32,000 nucleotides of DNA from Bellilinea caldifistulae (GTDB taxonomy: Bacteria; Chloroflexota; Anaerolineae; Anaerolineales; Anaerolineaceae), in assembly GCF_001306055.1 (NCBI RefSeq), contig NZ_LGHJ01000017.1, positions 210,001 through 242,000 of the forward strand, given 5' to 3'. A model generated the notes under the pieces. It was not told the DNA's origin, ran no database searches, and saw only the letters and a program-made list of their open reading frames with translations. The position numbers and the translations under genes are program-made. Numbering within the stretch: the stretch's first letter is position 1; each line of letters begins with the position of its first letter. Below, piece by piece: positions 7,858-16,028 of this stretch.

Positions 7858-9485
7858 CACATGCCCCATTCTGGATCGAGTATTTTGGCGCTCAGGTCTT
7901 CATTCTGGTAATAACGCGCTCTGGCCATCGCAATCACCCACGCGGCCACGTAGTCAATTCGTTTCGTGCGGTCCAGCGATTTGCCTTTATTTTCTTTCAC
8001 GTATTTGATCAAGCCGCTGCCATTTTTGGCTATGGAAGTATTACCAAAGCACCACGCCGCAACCGGATTCGGTTCGTGGCTGATCTTTTTTTCTTTCAAC
8101 AGCACCTCAATCTGATTCATCGGGTCGGTCAATTGCACAAATGTTTGCGGAATGCCCACGACGGTCAGCCCTTCCTGCTGTAATTCCTGTAACAACATGG
8201 TCGCAAACGCCGGATCGGCATCAACCTCTTTGATGTTGTACAGCGCCTTGAACTCCAGTATCTTGTCACGAATCCGGGTGTAATCTACTACGTTGCCGGG
8301 AGTTGGGGTAATCCAGCCTTGTGCTGCCCACTGGTCATACGGCACTTTATCTCTTCGGATGCGGTCTTGCATGTTCTCCTCAGGTATCCAGCCTTCCCAG
8401 ATGACGCGCCATTCTGAAAGCCCGGGTTGCGGCGGAAAGACCAGCGCCAGTGCGGTCAGATCGGTGGTTGAGGAAAGGTCCAGCCCCATGTAACAATCCA
8501 TGCCGATCATCTCCGCCCTGCCCCAGCTGCCATTCGTGGAATGGAATAATTCCAATGGCAACCAGCTGGTGAGTTTATAGGTCGGCCACTGGTTTAGGCG
8601 TAACCAGCGGAACAGACGCTCGTCCGCAGGGCGCTCTTTCGCCTTCATGGCCGCTTCGCGTATGGTATCAATCTGTATAGTCACCCCCAGGCTCGGATTA
8701 GCCTTCTTCCAGTTTTCCTCGTTGTAAATATCATCTCCGTCGTAGGAGTAAATCACTGCGTACCAGGTGGGATCAACAATCTCACCGGCAATGATTCGCC
8801 GGGCATATTCGTGCTGTTCCCAGCAAATTGAGACCCGATCCGGGTCATCACCCGCAGTAGTGATGATCCACCAAATCGGCTGCTCGCGCGCATCACCGGC
8901 GCCAAACGTCATCACATCCCATAAGTCGCGGTTTGGCTGGGCGTGCAGTTCATCAAATATACAGGCCGAAAGATTCAAGCCGTGCTTCGTATATGCCTCG
9001 GCGCTCAGCACCTGATAAAACGTACCGGTCACCTTGTCAATCAGGCGTTTCTTGCTGAGCTGCAACTTGGTGCGCTTTTTCAAAGCAGGCACCTGGTCGA
9101 TCATGTCCACCGCAACATCAAAGACAATTGAAGCCTGCGAGCGATCGGCGGCGCAGCCGTACACCTCGCCGTTAATTTCGCGATCCGCAAAGGTGTGATA
9201 CAACCCCGCGGCGGCCGCAAGTTCGCTTTTGCCGTTTTTCTTGGGTATCTCAATATAGACGTATTTGATGATACGTTTCCCGCGCTCATCAACCGTCCCA
9301 TACACATCCCGCACGATCTGTTTTTCCCAATCAAGCAGCTTGAACGGCTGCCCGTAAAACCGGCCTTTGGTGTGCTTAAGCGATTCGAAAAAGGTAATTG
9401 CCCGCTGGGCATGAGCTTCACTGAACATCGAACCTCCGCCTAGCAGGAATAGAAAGAAGAGAATAAATAATCCAAATCGCTTCAT
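7857..9485 (-). CDS. terL: Terminase large subunit
   Basis: 542 aa. FFESLKHTKGRFYGQPFKLLDWEKQIV, Walker A-like IEIPKKNGKS, FDELH and a C-terminal nuclease region are typical of Terminase_1 family proteins. The start is ambiguous: 9485 overlaps the TerS stop, or the internal Met at 9428 applies. Confidence 0.9.
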   Translation of the reverse strand: MKRFGLFILFFLFLLGGGSMFSEAHAQRAITFFESLKHTKGRFYGQPFKLLDWEKQIVRDVYGTVDERGKRIIKYVYIEIPKKNGKSELAAAAGLYHTFADREINGEVYGCAADRSQASIVFDVAVDMIDQVPALKKRTKLQLSKKRLIDKVTGTFYQVLSAEAYTKHGLNLSACIFDELHAQPNRDLWDVMTFGAGDAREQPIWWIITTAGDDPDRVSICWEQHEYARRIIAGEIVDPTWYAVIYSYDGDDIYNEENWKKANPSLGVTIQIDTIREAAMKAKERPADERLFRWLRLNQWPTYKLTSWLPLELFHSTNGSWGRAEMIGMDCYMGLDLSSTTDLTALALVFPPQPGLSEWRVIWEGWIPEENMQDRIRRDKVPYDQWAAQGWITPTPGNVVDYTRIRDKILEFKALYNIKEVDADPAFATMLLQELQQEGLTVVGIPQTFVQLTDPMNQIEVLLKEKKISHEPNPVAAWCFGNTSIAKNGSGLIKYVKENKGKSLDRTKRIDYVAAWVIAMARARYYQNEDLSAKILDPEWGM

Positions 9486-10024
9486 GTAGTGCCATTCACA
9501 AAATCGCTTACATCATCGAGGAGCTTCTCCAGTTCGTCTTTCGGCTCATCCGGCTCTTTTTTCGCCGGTGCAACTCCAGCCCTTGCTCTAGGAGTCAAGT
9601 ACAAAGACTGCCGTATCTGTAAGAGCAGTGCGCGCTTGCGATCAGTCCGCGAATCCAGCTTAACGACTACATCGTATGCCTCGACAAGTGTTTCTTCGGA
9701 TGCCTGTTCAATTTGTAAACTTACCCAGCGGTCATAAGCTGCTTTTCTCATTGCGTCCAGCTCGTGAACCTGCTCGGTTAGGATACAGTAATCCACCAGC
9801 AGATCGAAATCCAGCCTGGTTACGATCTCGCCCTCAAGCGACATAAACTCACGCATCAGACGCCGCCAGGTTGCTTCGGCAATTTCATGCCCGCGCAGCC
9901 GAGCCGGAGCACTGAGAGGTAAATCACGATTCGGCCGCATGGCCATCTCTCGCGATTCGCGCTCGGTTTTTTCCGCCGCGGTCTCATGTCGCACAATCAG
10001 AGCTCTTGGTTTTCTTACCGGCAT
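9482..10024 (-). CDS. terS: Terminase small subunit (P27-family-like)
   Basis: The ORF-track frame is 9482-10090. I prefer the Met at 10024 (MPVRKPRALIV...), which starts right after the HNH stop at 10026-28. The body (LSAPARLRGHEIAEATWRRL...LLVDYCILTEQVHEL...LYLTPRARAG) matches the P27-type TerS pattern. Confidence 0.8.
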   Translation of the reverse strand: MPVRKPRALIVRHETAAEKTERESREMAMRPNRDLPLSAPARLRGHEIAEATWRRLMREFMSLEGEIVTRLDFDLLVDYCILTEQVHELDAMRKAAYDRWVSLQIEQASEETLVEAYDVVVKLDSRTDRKRALLLQIRQSLYLTPRARAGVAPAKKEPDEPKDELEKLLDDVSDFVNGTT

Positions 10025-10025
10025 G

Positions 10026-10448
10026 TCAGGATTCCTCACGTTGGGATTTTTTTTCGCGCGGATGCCCGCCTGCGCTCGACACCCTCCCATTCAAAACTTT
10101 TTCAGCCCCCCTCCCTTTGATTTCTTCAAGCGTCTTACGTGAGTGACAGGACTTGCACAACGATTCAAGAGGAGAATTGAGAAATATTTCGATGTTCCCG
10201 CGATGTGGCACAAGGTGATGAACTTCGGTTGCTGGAATATAAAATCCCTGCTGCAAGCATTCCTCGCACCACGGATGATGAGTAAGCCACTGCTCGCGCC
10301 GCTTCTGCCACCGCCGGTCATACAACCGCTGATAATCACTCTGCCGTTTCTGTGGAAACGGCTTGTGATCATCGCAGTACCCCTCTATTACCAATTCGGG
10401 GCATCCCGGATAACGACAGGGTCTCAAAGCAGCCTTTGGCATGATCAC
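10026..10448 (-). CDS. HNH endonuclease (terminase-associated)
   Basis: 140 aa with CRYPGCPELV...C...WCEEC...EVHHLVPHRGN...LCKSCHSRKT (Cys4 plus H-N-H motif), immediately upstream of TerS/TerL as in HK97-like cos phages. Confidence 0.85.
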   Translation of the reverse strand: MIMPKAALRPCRYPGCPELVIEGYCDDHKPFPQKRQSDYQRLYDRRWQKRREQWLTHHPWCEECLQQGFYIPATEVHHLVPHRGNIEIFLNSPLESLCKSCHSRKTLEEIKGRGAEKVLNGRVSSAGGHPREKKSQREES

Positions 10449-11494
10449 CTCAAATCAACCAGGGTCTGTCCATTGTGCTTTACTGCCATCCAGCCCTCGA
10501 TCTGGACTTTTGCCCAGACGTTATTTCCATCCTGCTTGATCTCAATAATCTTTCCCTGTATCCCTTTGGGCAGCTGGGTAATTACAGTATGAGTGGTTAC
10601 TTGCGGCATCGTTCGGAAATTGATTCGGTTGATCCGTACAACCGCTGTTTCGGCTGCAATAGGCTCATCCGACTGTTGTGCGTGGGAGGGCAGGGCAATC
10701 AATGCGTCCCACACGCCACTCGATGCCAGGGCAAGCGCATTCTGCAACGACCACCAGCAAACCCCAGCCGCACCGAATTTGACGACTGCCTCGTAAAATG
10801 CCGTGATGGATTCCGGAAACACAATTCCGCCGTCGCCATGATACGCTCTGCCAATGGGGACAATCGGTTTATCGGTCACAGCGCGCCACTGCTTCCAGCT
10901 CTCTTCGGCATAGCGCACTGCACTGAGAGGATCGTCTCCCCAATTCCAATACATCATCGGCATGCCGAAATCCGCAATGGCCATCGCAGAACGCAATACG
11001 GAAACCGGATGCCATACACCTCTACTGGATGGCGACTGGTACATTGCCCACCAGCACCATCCGATCCTGGCGCCGGACTGTTCGCGAAACTTTTGTAATA
11101 ACTCCTCGGCAGCATGATCAGAATTCGGAACAGCATCAAATTTCGATTCCGCATCGAAAACAAACGCCGACAGACCATAATCATTACAGATGTCCGCAGC
11201 CGCAACCGCCTCACCGATTGGATCTGCTCCGTAAACAGCCGCGCCTCCAATGGTCTCAATACCGGCGTCTTTCAGTGCGGATATCAAATCAACCCTCTTT
11301 TGGTCACGCCAGTAAACGAGATTGGATGAATGCAATACCGCAGAATCAAAACCGGCGTTTTTTAACTCGGTTGCAATTTTGCTGACTTTACCGCCAAAGC
11401 ATGAATTGACGTCCCAAATATAAATAGACTTACCGATCATCACCGCTCCCGCTCCACTCGTCCGGTTCCCAGCATGGTTTTTCTCCGAGTTCAC
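10445..11494 (-). CDS. Putative endolysin: TIM-barrel glycosidase-like domain plus C-terminal SH3b-like domain
   Basis: 349 aa following two membrane proteins. The C-terminal ~65 aa (AVVRINRINFRTMPQV...GKIIEIKQDGNNVWAKVQIEGWMAV) look SH3b-like. The catalytic family is not assigned. The start may be the internal Met at 11440. Confidence 0.55.
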   Translation of the reverse strand: MNSEKNHAGNRTSGAGAVMIGKSIYIWDVNSCFGGKVSKIATELKNAGFDSAVLHSSNLVYWRDQKRVDLISALKDAGIETIGGAAVYGADPIGEAVAAADICNDYGLSAFVFDAESKFDAVPNSDHAAEELLQKFREQSGARIGWCWWAMYQSPSSRGVWHPVSVLRSAMAIADFGMPMMYWNWGDDPLSAVRYAEESWKQWRAVTDKPIVPIGRAYHGDGGIVFPESITAFYEAVVKFGAAGVCWWSLQNALALASSGVWDALIALPSHAQQSDEPIAAETAVVRINRINFRTMPQVTTHTVITQLPKGIQGKIIEIKQDGNNVWAKVQIEGWMAVKHNGQTLVDLR

Positions 11495-11801
11495 CGATCT
11501 GCTTGATCAAGTTCTCAATTCCGCGCATAAGCACAATAATCCTGTCCGCGTATCGGTCAACTTGCCTGCGCAGATTTGCAATTTCGTTTTCCTGTTTCTT
11601 CACTTTTGCCTCAAGTTCTGCCAGACGATCTTTGAGAGGATTGATCAACGCAAGAGCTGCATCGGTAACCGCATCAGCAGCATCTGCCTGATTCTTTTTT
11701 CGGCTTGCAAGATAGACAATGATTCCGCCGGCTACCGTGCTGAGCGCACCCAGAATAGCAACAACGATTCCGTCGGACATTTTCTTAGCCGCGCACATCA
11801 T
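11430..11801 (-). CDS. Membrane-anchored coiled-coil protein of the lysis cassette (holin partner or spanin-like)
   Basis: One N-terminal TM segment (IVVAILGALSTVAGGIIVYLA) followed by coiled coil (LAELEAKVKKQENEIANLRRQVDRY). The likely true start is the Met at 11780, just after the upstream stop. Confidence 0.45.
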   Translation of the reverse strand: MMCAAKKMSDGIVVAILGALSTVAGGIIVYLASRKKNQADAADAVTDAALALINPLKDRLAELEAKVKKQENEIANLRRQVDRYADRIIVLMRGIENLIKQIGELGEKPCWEPDEWSGSGDDR

Positions 11802-12123
11802 TCTTGGAGGGGAAATACGTGCTGATCATCTGGTGGATGTATCCAGCCCCCATCCCAATAGCAATACCCGTGATCACCACGCCAAAAGTTGTCTTTTCCA
11901 CCGGTGACTCGACAAATCTGCCGGCGAGGTAAATCAAATCGAATTGGTAAACAAAAGCCCCGCCAATACCGGCTGCAACTGCAAAATAGATCAGCGCCCA
12001 TTTGTATGGCTGAAGCGCCGGAATGTGATCTACGATACGGCCAAATAAAGCCTCAATCAGCGTCTCGCACATAAACGCAAGCAGCAGCAGTAACGTCAAT
12101 GTGCCAAAAATCTCTCCCGCCAT
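11785..12123 (-). CDS. Holin-like protein (three TM segments)
   Basis: 112 aa with three hydrophobic helices and a charged C-terminus, GGAGG RBS. It is the first gene after a promoter-like element and lies upstream of the endolysin. Confidence 0.5.
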   Translation of the reverse strand: MAGEIFGTLTLLLLLAFMCETLIEALFGRIVDHIPALQPYKWALIYFAVAAGIGGAFVYQFDLIYLAGRFVESPVEKTTFGVVITGIAIGMGAGYIHQMISTYFPSKNDVRG

Positions 12124-12238
12124 TTTGAACCTCCGGTTTAATAAAAAAAGCCGGTGCTTTCCGCGGCCTCGATTAAAAAATCGAAACCACAGAAAGCCCC
12201 GGCTGGTCTGGCCAGCTCCCGACGAGCTAGTTATTTAT

Positions 12239-12266
12239 ATTATACAGATAATTGACAAAATTACAA
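12239..12266 (-). promoter_or_regulatory. Candidate late promoter (TTGTAA-16-TATAAT) upstream of the lysis and packaging genes
   Basis: On the minus strand, the -35 TTGTAA is at 12261-66 and the -10 TATAAT at 12239-44, with a 16-nt spacer. It sits in an AT-rich 155-nt intergenic gap and is followed by a ~115-nt leader with hairpins and a U-tract before the holin RBS. Confidence 0.4.
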
Positions 12267-12277
12267 CCGATTTTTGA

Positions 12278-12466
12278 TTATTTTTTTTTGGCACTCTCAG
12301 ATATTCTGGTTTCGATATATACAATCTCCCCGTTTTTTATAACCAGTGATACTTCGCCATGTTTGTGTTCTTTGACAGCCTTTATCCTTTGAGCTAGCTT
12401 GATCAGGCGGTCAAGATCGATCACCCCCATGACTTCGTTGATTTGTTCTTCTGTGATTTCTTCCAT
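12278..12466 (-). CDS. YezD/DUF2292-like small protein
   Basis: The preferred start is the Met at 12466 (MEEITEEQINEV...), just after the upstream stop at 12471. The C-terminal HGEVSLVIKNGEIVYIETRISE resembles the DUF2292 signature. Low-GC segment. Confidence 0.55.
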   Translation of the reverse strand: MEEITEEQINEVMGVIDLDRLIKLAQRIKAVKEHKHGEVSLVIKNGEIVYIETRISESAKKK

Positions 12467-12470
12467 ATTA

Positions 12471-12752
12471 TCAAAATCGAGAATCGCAATACACATATTC
12501 TGTAATGCTTTCGGTTGGATCGGTTGATTGAGTATTGATCGCCCAAAAGCCCAGCATATCCAGTTCAATCGTCAATGCAAAAACACCGGTGGCGGAATGT
12601 ACGACTCGCGGATCGTTAGACAGGATGGTTTCTGATGTTCTGTCCGGCTTTTGCACATTGAAGACGATTGAAGATGGATCAACAAGATTTCCCGCGGAAT
12701 TGCGAATTTCAACCGTCTTGGTGATTTTAGTCTGTATACGATAGATGTCCAT
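12471..12752 (-). CDS. Hypothetical protein (93 aa, beta-rich)
   Basis: ORF immediately after the 755 aa fibre-like gene, with non-repetitive composition. Low-GC segment. Confidence 0.45.
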   Translation of the reverse strand: MDIYRIQTKITKTVEIRNSAGNLVDPSSIVFNVQKPDRTSETILSNDPRVVHSATGVFALTIELDMLGFWAINTQSTDPTESITEYVYCDSRF

Positions 12753-12755
12753 CTG

Positions 12756-15023
12756 TTACCTCCGCTGTGATTTTCCATTCTGATTGATCGTTTTCAAAAT
12801 GCTGCCTTTTACCGTCCGCATCATGATTGTTCCTGTTTCATCAATCGTTCCGGCCAAGTTGATTTTATCTGCCCAATTGATGTGCACAGCGTTACCCGGC
12901 ATGACATTATGCTGCTGGCCGATATTGATAATCTCACATCCCTGTGCCTGCGCAGCATTCATCAAAGTTAGTTCGGTAATTGTGGTTATCTGTATCGTTG
13001 AAGAAATCTGATCATGCGCCGTACCGGCAATTGAGGTGGCATGCTGCTGAATTACCTGAACGGTCGCGGCAATTTGAATGCCCGCAACCGCGGCGGGTAA
13101 AACCTGCTGGGCTTGCGTAATGGTCATTAGTCCAGAGGCCTGCTGCTGGTATGAATTACTGATTATTGAAGCATGTATCTGTGTTAAAGATATTTGTTGT
13201 GATACCTGCTCCTGCCGGACATTGTTCAAAGTCAGTGCACCTGATGAAAGCACATCGAATGATCGGGATGTAGTCCAGTTTCCCCAGCTGTTTGACCCTG
13301 CTGGGTCCATCCCGCGCACCCGCCAGAAATGCGTACCTAAAGATGGCCATGAGGTTGTCAGGCGTATTGTATCGCCGCTGTTAAATGGGTCTGTATCGGC
13401 TGGAGTCGTCTGATTCGCAAAGCCAGAATCAACATTAGACGTTACCATCGTCTCGGCAAGCACCTCGCGGACGCGGTACCAGGCATCATCCGTAATGCGA
13501 GGGCCGTTATTCGTCGAGTTGGCGCCGTCCAGGTACACATTACCCGCGGATGTCGCGGCAGACGTGCCGGCCGTTGTGATGGCAAGGGCGTTGTTTGTAT
13601 TTGTGTCGTTTGGCCGCCAATCCAGAACGATGATGTAAAACTTACCCGGTTCGAGGCGAATACGGTTTGCACCGGTAAAGGCAAGCGTTTTCCAACCAAG
13701 ATCGGCCGCACCGGGGTTGTATAGATATATTTCGGATTGTGCCAGCCAGCCCGGCGTCGGTGTGTTCGCCGCATCGGCCGCTCCTACCGGATAAAGACCC
13801 GGCAAGGCCTCCCAGGTAACCGTACCATCCGTTACTTCAGTTCCAGATGGTACCGTCTTCCACGCAACACCGTTCCCCGGCCAGGCCGGCTCTGATGCCG
13901 CACTTGTTCCCGCAATTTTACAGCGGTAAACAAAGTGCAAGTCGGCATTGGCGGTGCTGGTTGGGCGAACAATCTGTCCGACCGTATAAGCGGTGGACGG
14001 CGACCAAACCGGCGGAACCGGATTTACCGGATAACCGGCTGCCTCATATACTCTGGCCAGGTAATAGCCGTTGGTCAGCTCCGGCGTGGTTTCGTGCGGT
14101 CCAAAACGGAAGTCCACCGAATCCAGAATTCCACCGGCTGCCTGGAATCCCATACCCAGACGGTCATCAACCTGCCAGTACCCTTCCCACGTTGTTATGG
14201 CCACCGGGTTGGGATGTATGGTTGTTCCCGCTCCGGATGGTTGCTCACTCGTTACAACCGTGCCGCTCTGGAAAAGAGCATTATCGGCTATCTCAACCTG
14301 ATATGTGATGCTGTCGTTATCCGGGTCTGTGCCGGCAAAGTCCAGCTGCACCGGCGAACTTAATTGTGCCTGATCGGGTGTGATCAGGGATACATCAGGA
14401 GGAAGGTTGGGCGGTGCCTGCTGCTCCGAGACGGCAAAGAGAATTCCGATCCAGGTACTGTTATCGATGGCTGCCGTTTTGTTTCCCGTTGCTCCGGCGG
14501 TGGATTGTAAGACGTGAGCTCCGGCAAGCCGGTTGATGGCCAGCGTCGTGGTCATGCCGGACGGCGTAAAGTTGACAGAGTTCGCTGACCAGTTCGCCGC
14601 CATCATCACCAGGCTGTTATTGTGCGTGGTAGTAATTCCGGTCGCTGTGACGGTCGTTCCAGTCCCGATATTATCGGACGGCGTGCCGTCGATCGGCGTA
14701 GTCGAATCTGCTCCCGAAAGGCGCACCATAATTCCGCGCCGCGACGATCCGGTTACATTGATGTTGAAGGTGTGCGATGATGGCTCGCCCACCTGAGCAA
14801 TACGAACTAACACGGCAAGGCCCTGCTGATTGTTGGAGTGCTGCCGCTGCCGCACAAGAGTCCATCCCGAAGCAGAGGCACTGAACGTTCCTGAAGTAAA
14901 TGCACAGGAAACGAATGCAACCAGCACCTCGCCAGCCTGCACGCCAGCGGGAGTATTGACGACTATAGTCGTACCGCTTCCGCCGGGTACAGCACTGGAT
15001 GTGGACTCAACAACAATGGCCAT
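12756..15023 (-). CDS. Tail-fibre-like / receptor-binding-like large protein (755 aa)
   Basis: Contains a fibre-typical carbohydrate-binding-like motif (WSPSTAYTVGQIVRP...FVYRCKIAGTSAASEPAWP...DGTVTWEA), a tandem-domain N-terminus and a Q-rich repetitive C-terminal region. It lies outside the tail operon. Confidence 0.55.
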   Translation of the reverse strand: MAIVVESTSSAVPGGSGTTIVVNTPAGVQAGEVLVAFVSCAFTSGTFSASASGWTLVRQRQHSNNQQGLAVLVRIAQVGEPSSHTFNINVTGSSRRGIMVRLSGADSTTPIDGTPSDNIGTGTTVTATGITTTHNNSLVMMAANWSANSVNFTPSGMTTTLAINRLAGAHVLQSTAGATGNKTAAIDNSTWIGILFAVSEQQAPPNLPPDVSLITPDQAQLSSPVQLDFAGTDPDNDSITYQVEIADNALFQSGTVVTSEQPSGAGTTIHPNPVAITTWEGYWQVDDRLGMGFQAAGGILDSVDFRFGPHETTPELTNGYYLARVYEAAGYPVNPVPPVWSPSTAYTVGQIVRPTSTANADLHFVYRCKIAGTSAASEPAWPGNGVAWKTVPSGTEVTDGTVTWEALPGLYPVGAADAANTPTPGWLAQSEIYLYNPGAADLGWKTLAFTGANRIRLEPGKFYIIVLDWRPNDTNTNNALAITTAGTSAATSAGNVYLDGANSTNNGPRITDDAWYRVREVLAETMVTSNVDSGFANQTTPADTDPFNSGDTIRLTTSWPSLGTHFWRVRGMDPAGSNSWGNWTTSRSFDVLSSGALTLNNVRQEQVSQQISLTQIHASIISNSYQQQASGLMTITQAQQVLPAAVAGIQIAATVQVIQQHATSIAGTAHDQISSTIQITTITELTLMNAAQAQGCEIINIGQQHNVMPGNAVHINWADKINLAGTIDETGTIMMRTVKGSILKTINQNGKSQRR

Positions 15024-15403
15024 TACGAGTTGACCGGATCGCGATTCTCGATCTTGAACGAGGGAATATTCACGGTATTGCCGGCATAAATTGTCTGCGA
15101 GCCGGTCTCGTCAACGTAATATAAAAGACGCTGGTTGACAGTATCCAGTAGTGCGCACACGACCGGGTCTCCCGTTACATCCACCGGTACACCGCTCTTG
15201 GCGGCAACGGTAATCTTGCGTCCTGACACATCGCCGTTGGCGATAGTGAAATCCGTTGGGCTCATGGCTACATCGGCGAGGGCGTAGGTTACGTTCGCTT
15301 CCGTGAAGGTAGTCGGCACCTGGCTGCACAACACCATCTTATTGCACTCCGTGCGGATAGCGTCAAGCAGTTTGTCATGAAGGTAGGGATTACAATACGG
15401 CAT
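15023..15403 (-). CDS. Hypothetical protein (126 aa) translationally coupled to the fibre-like gene
   Basis: Its stop overlaps the start of 12756-15023. There is an RBS-like GGAGAA upstream. No recognisable motif. Confidence 0.5.
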   Translation of the reverse strand: MPYCNPYLHDKLLDAIRTECNKMVLCSQVPTTFTEANVTYALADVAMSPTDFTIANGDVSGRKITVAAKSGVPVDVTGDPVVCALLDTVNQRLLYYVDETGSQTIYAGNTVNIPSFKIENRDPVNS

Positions 15404-15467
15404 CTCAATTCTCCTTTCTTTTACCCATATTATTACAAAACAACATTTGTTTTTATTAAAAAAGCAT

Positions 15468-16028
15468 CTATCTCCGCTCCGCCGGATTTACCAATTTCAA
15501 ACCAAGCGCCGTGAATATCCCAGCTTCTGTGCCGTCATCAATTCGTTCCTCTCCACGGAAAATCCCATAACCGGCACGATACTGCAATCCCAACCGCATC
15601 GCTCGAACTGCTAAGTTCCTGTTGAATTCCGCACTTCCTGTGCGCAATTGCCATAATGCCTCGAAGTTTGACCCGTCATGCTCGCAAATATATAATTCCA
15701 CAGGTATCTCGCCGTATTGGACGTATTGGAAATTGAGTTTGCGAGGATATTCTTTCGGATTGAATGTTCCCCATCCTTTTTTATCGAATAGTTGCAGCAG
15801 CCGGCCAGGATAAATATTTACAATGCATTCGCCTTGTCCAAATAATCCGATCTGCTCAATACGCAGCGTTTCAACAATTGGCCAGATGACAATGTCTATG
15901 TCGTGAACTTTATTGCATTCCCGGCGAATACTGCCGGCGATTTCTACACGATGGCAAACCGGCCGCAGTATGTTGGCAATCTCGTTAGCGGCCTCTTGTG
16001 CATCTTTCAAAGTAAATTCTTTTTTCAC
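15468..16028 (-). CDS. Minimal Pol X-family (Pol beta-like) nucleotidyltransferase / DNA polymerase
   Basis: 186 aa. The GS...D.D motif (AGSIRRECNKVHDIDIVI), a third acidic block (VELYICE), a thumb-like LRTGSAEFNRNLAVRAMRLGLQYRAGYGIF and the C-terminal FTALGLKLVNPAERR follow the order of motifs I recall from the 174-aa ASFV Pol X. Confidence 0.7.
   Translation of the reverse strand: MKKEFTLKDAQEAANEIANILRPVCHRVEIAGSIRRECNKVHDIDIVIWPIVETLRIEQIGLFGQGECIVNIYPGRLLQLFDKKGWGTFNPKEYPRKLNFQYVQYGEIPVELYICEHDGSNFEALWQLRTGSAEFNRNLAVRAMRLGLQYRAGYGIFRGEERIDDGTEAGIFTALGLKLVNPAERR

Noticed and set aside
12252-12290. Plus-strand TTGACA (12252-57) with a weak -10 (GATTAT) pointing into the antisense of the 12278 gene
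   Set aside because: The -10 is poor and there is no plus-strand gene downstream. The minus-strand promoter in the same gap has a sensible target. Antisense transcription is possible but unsupported.
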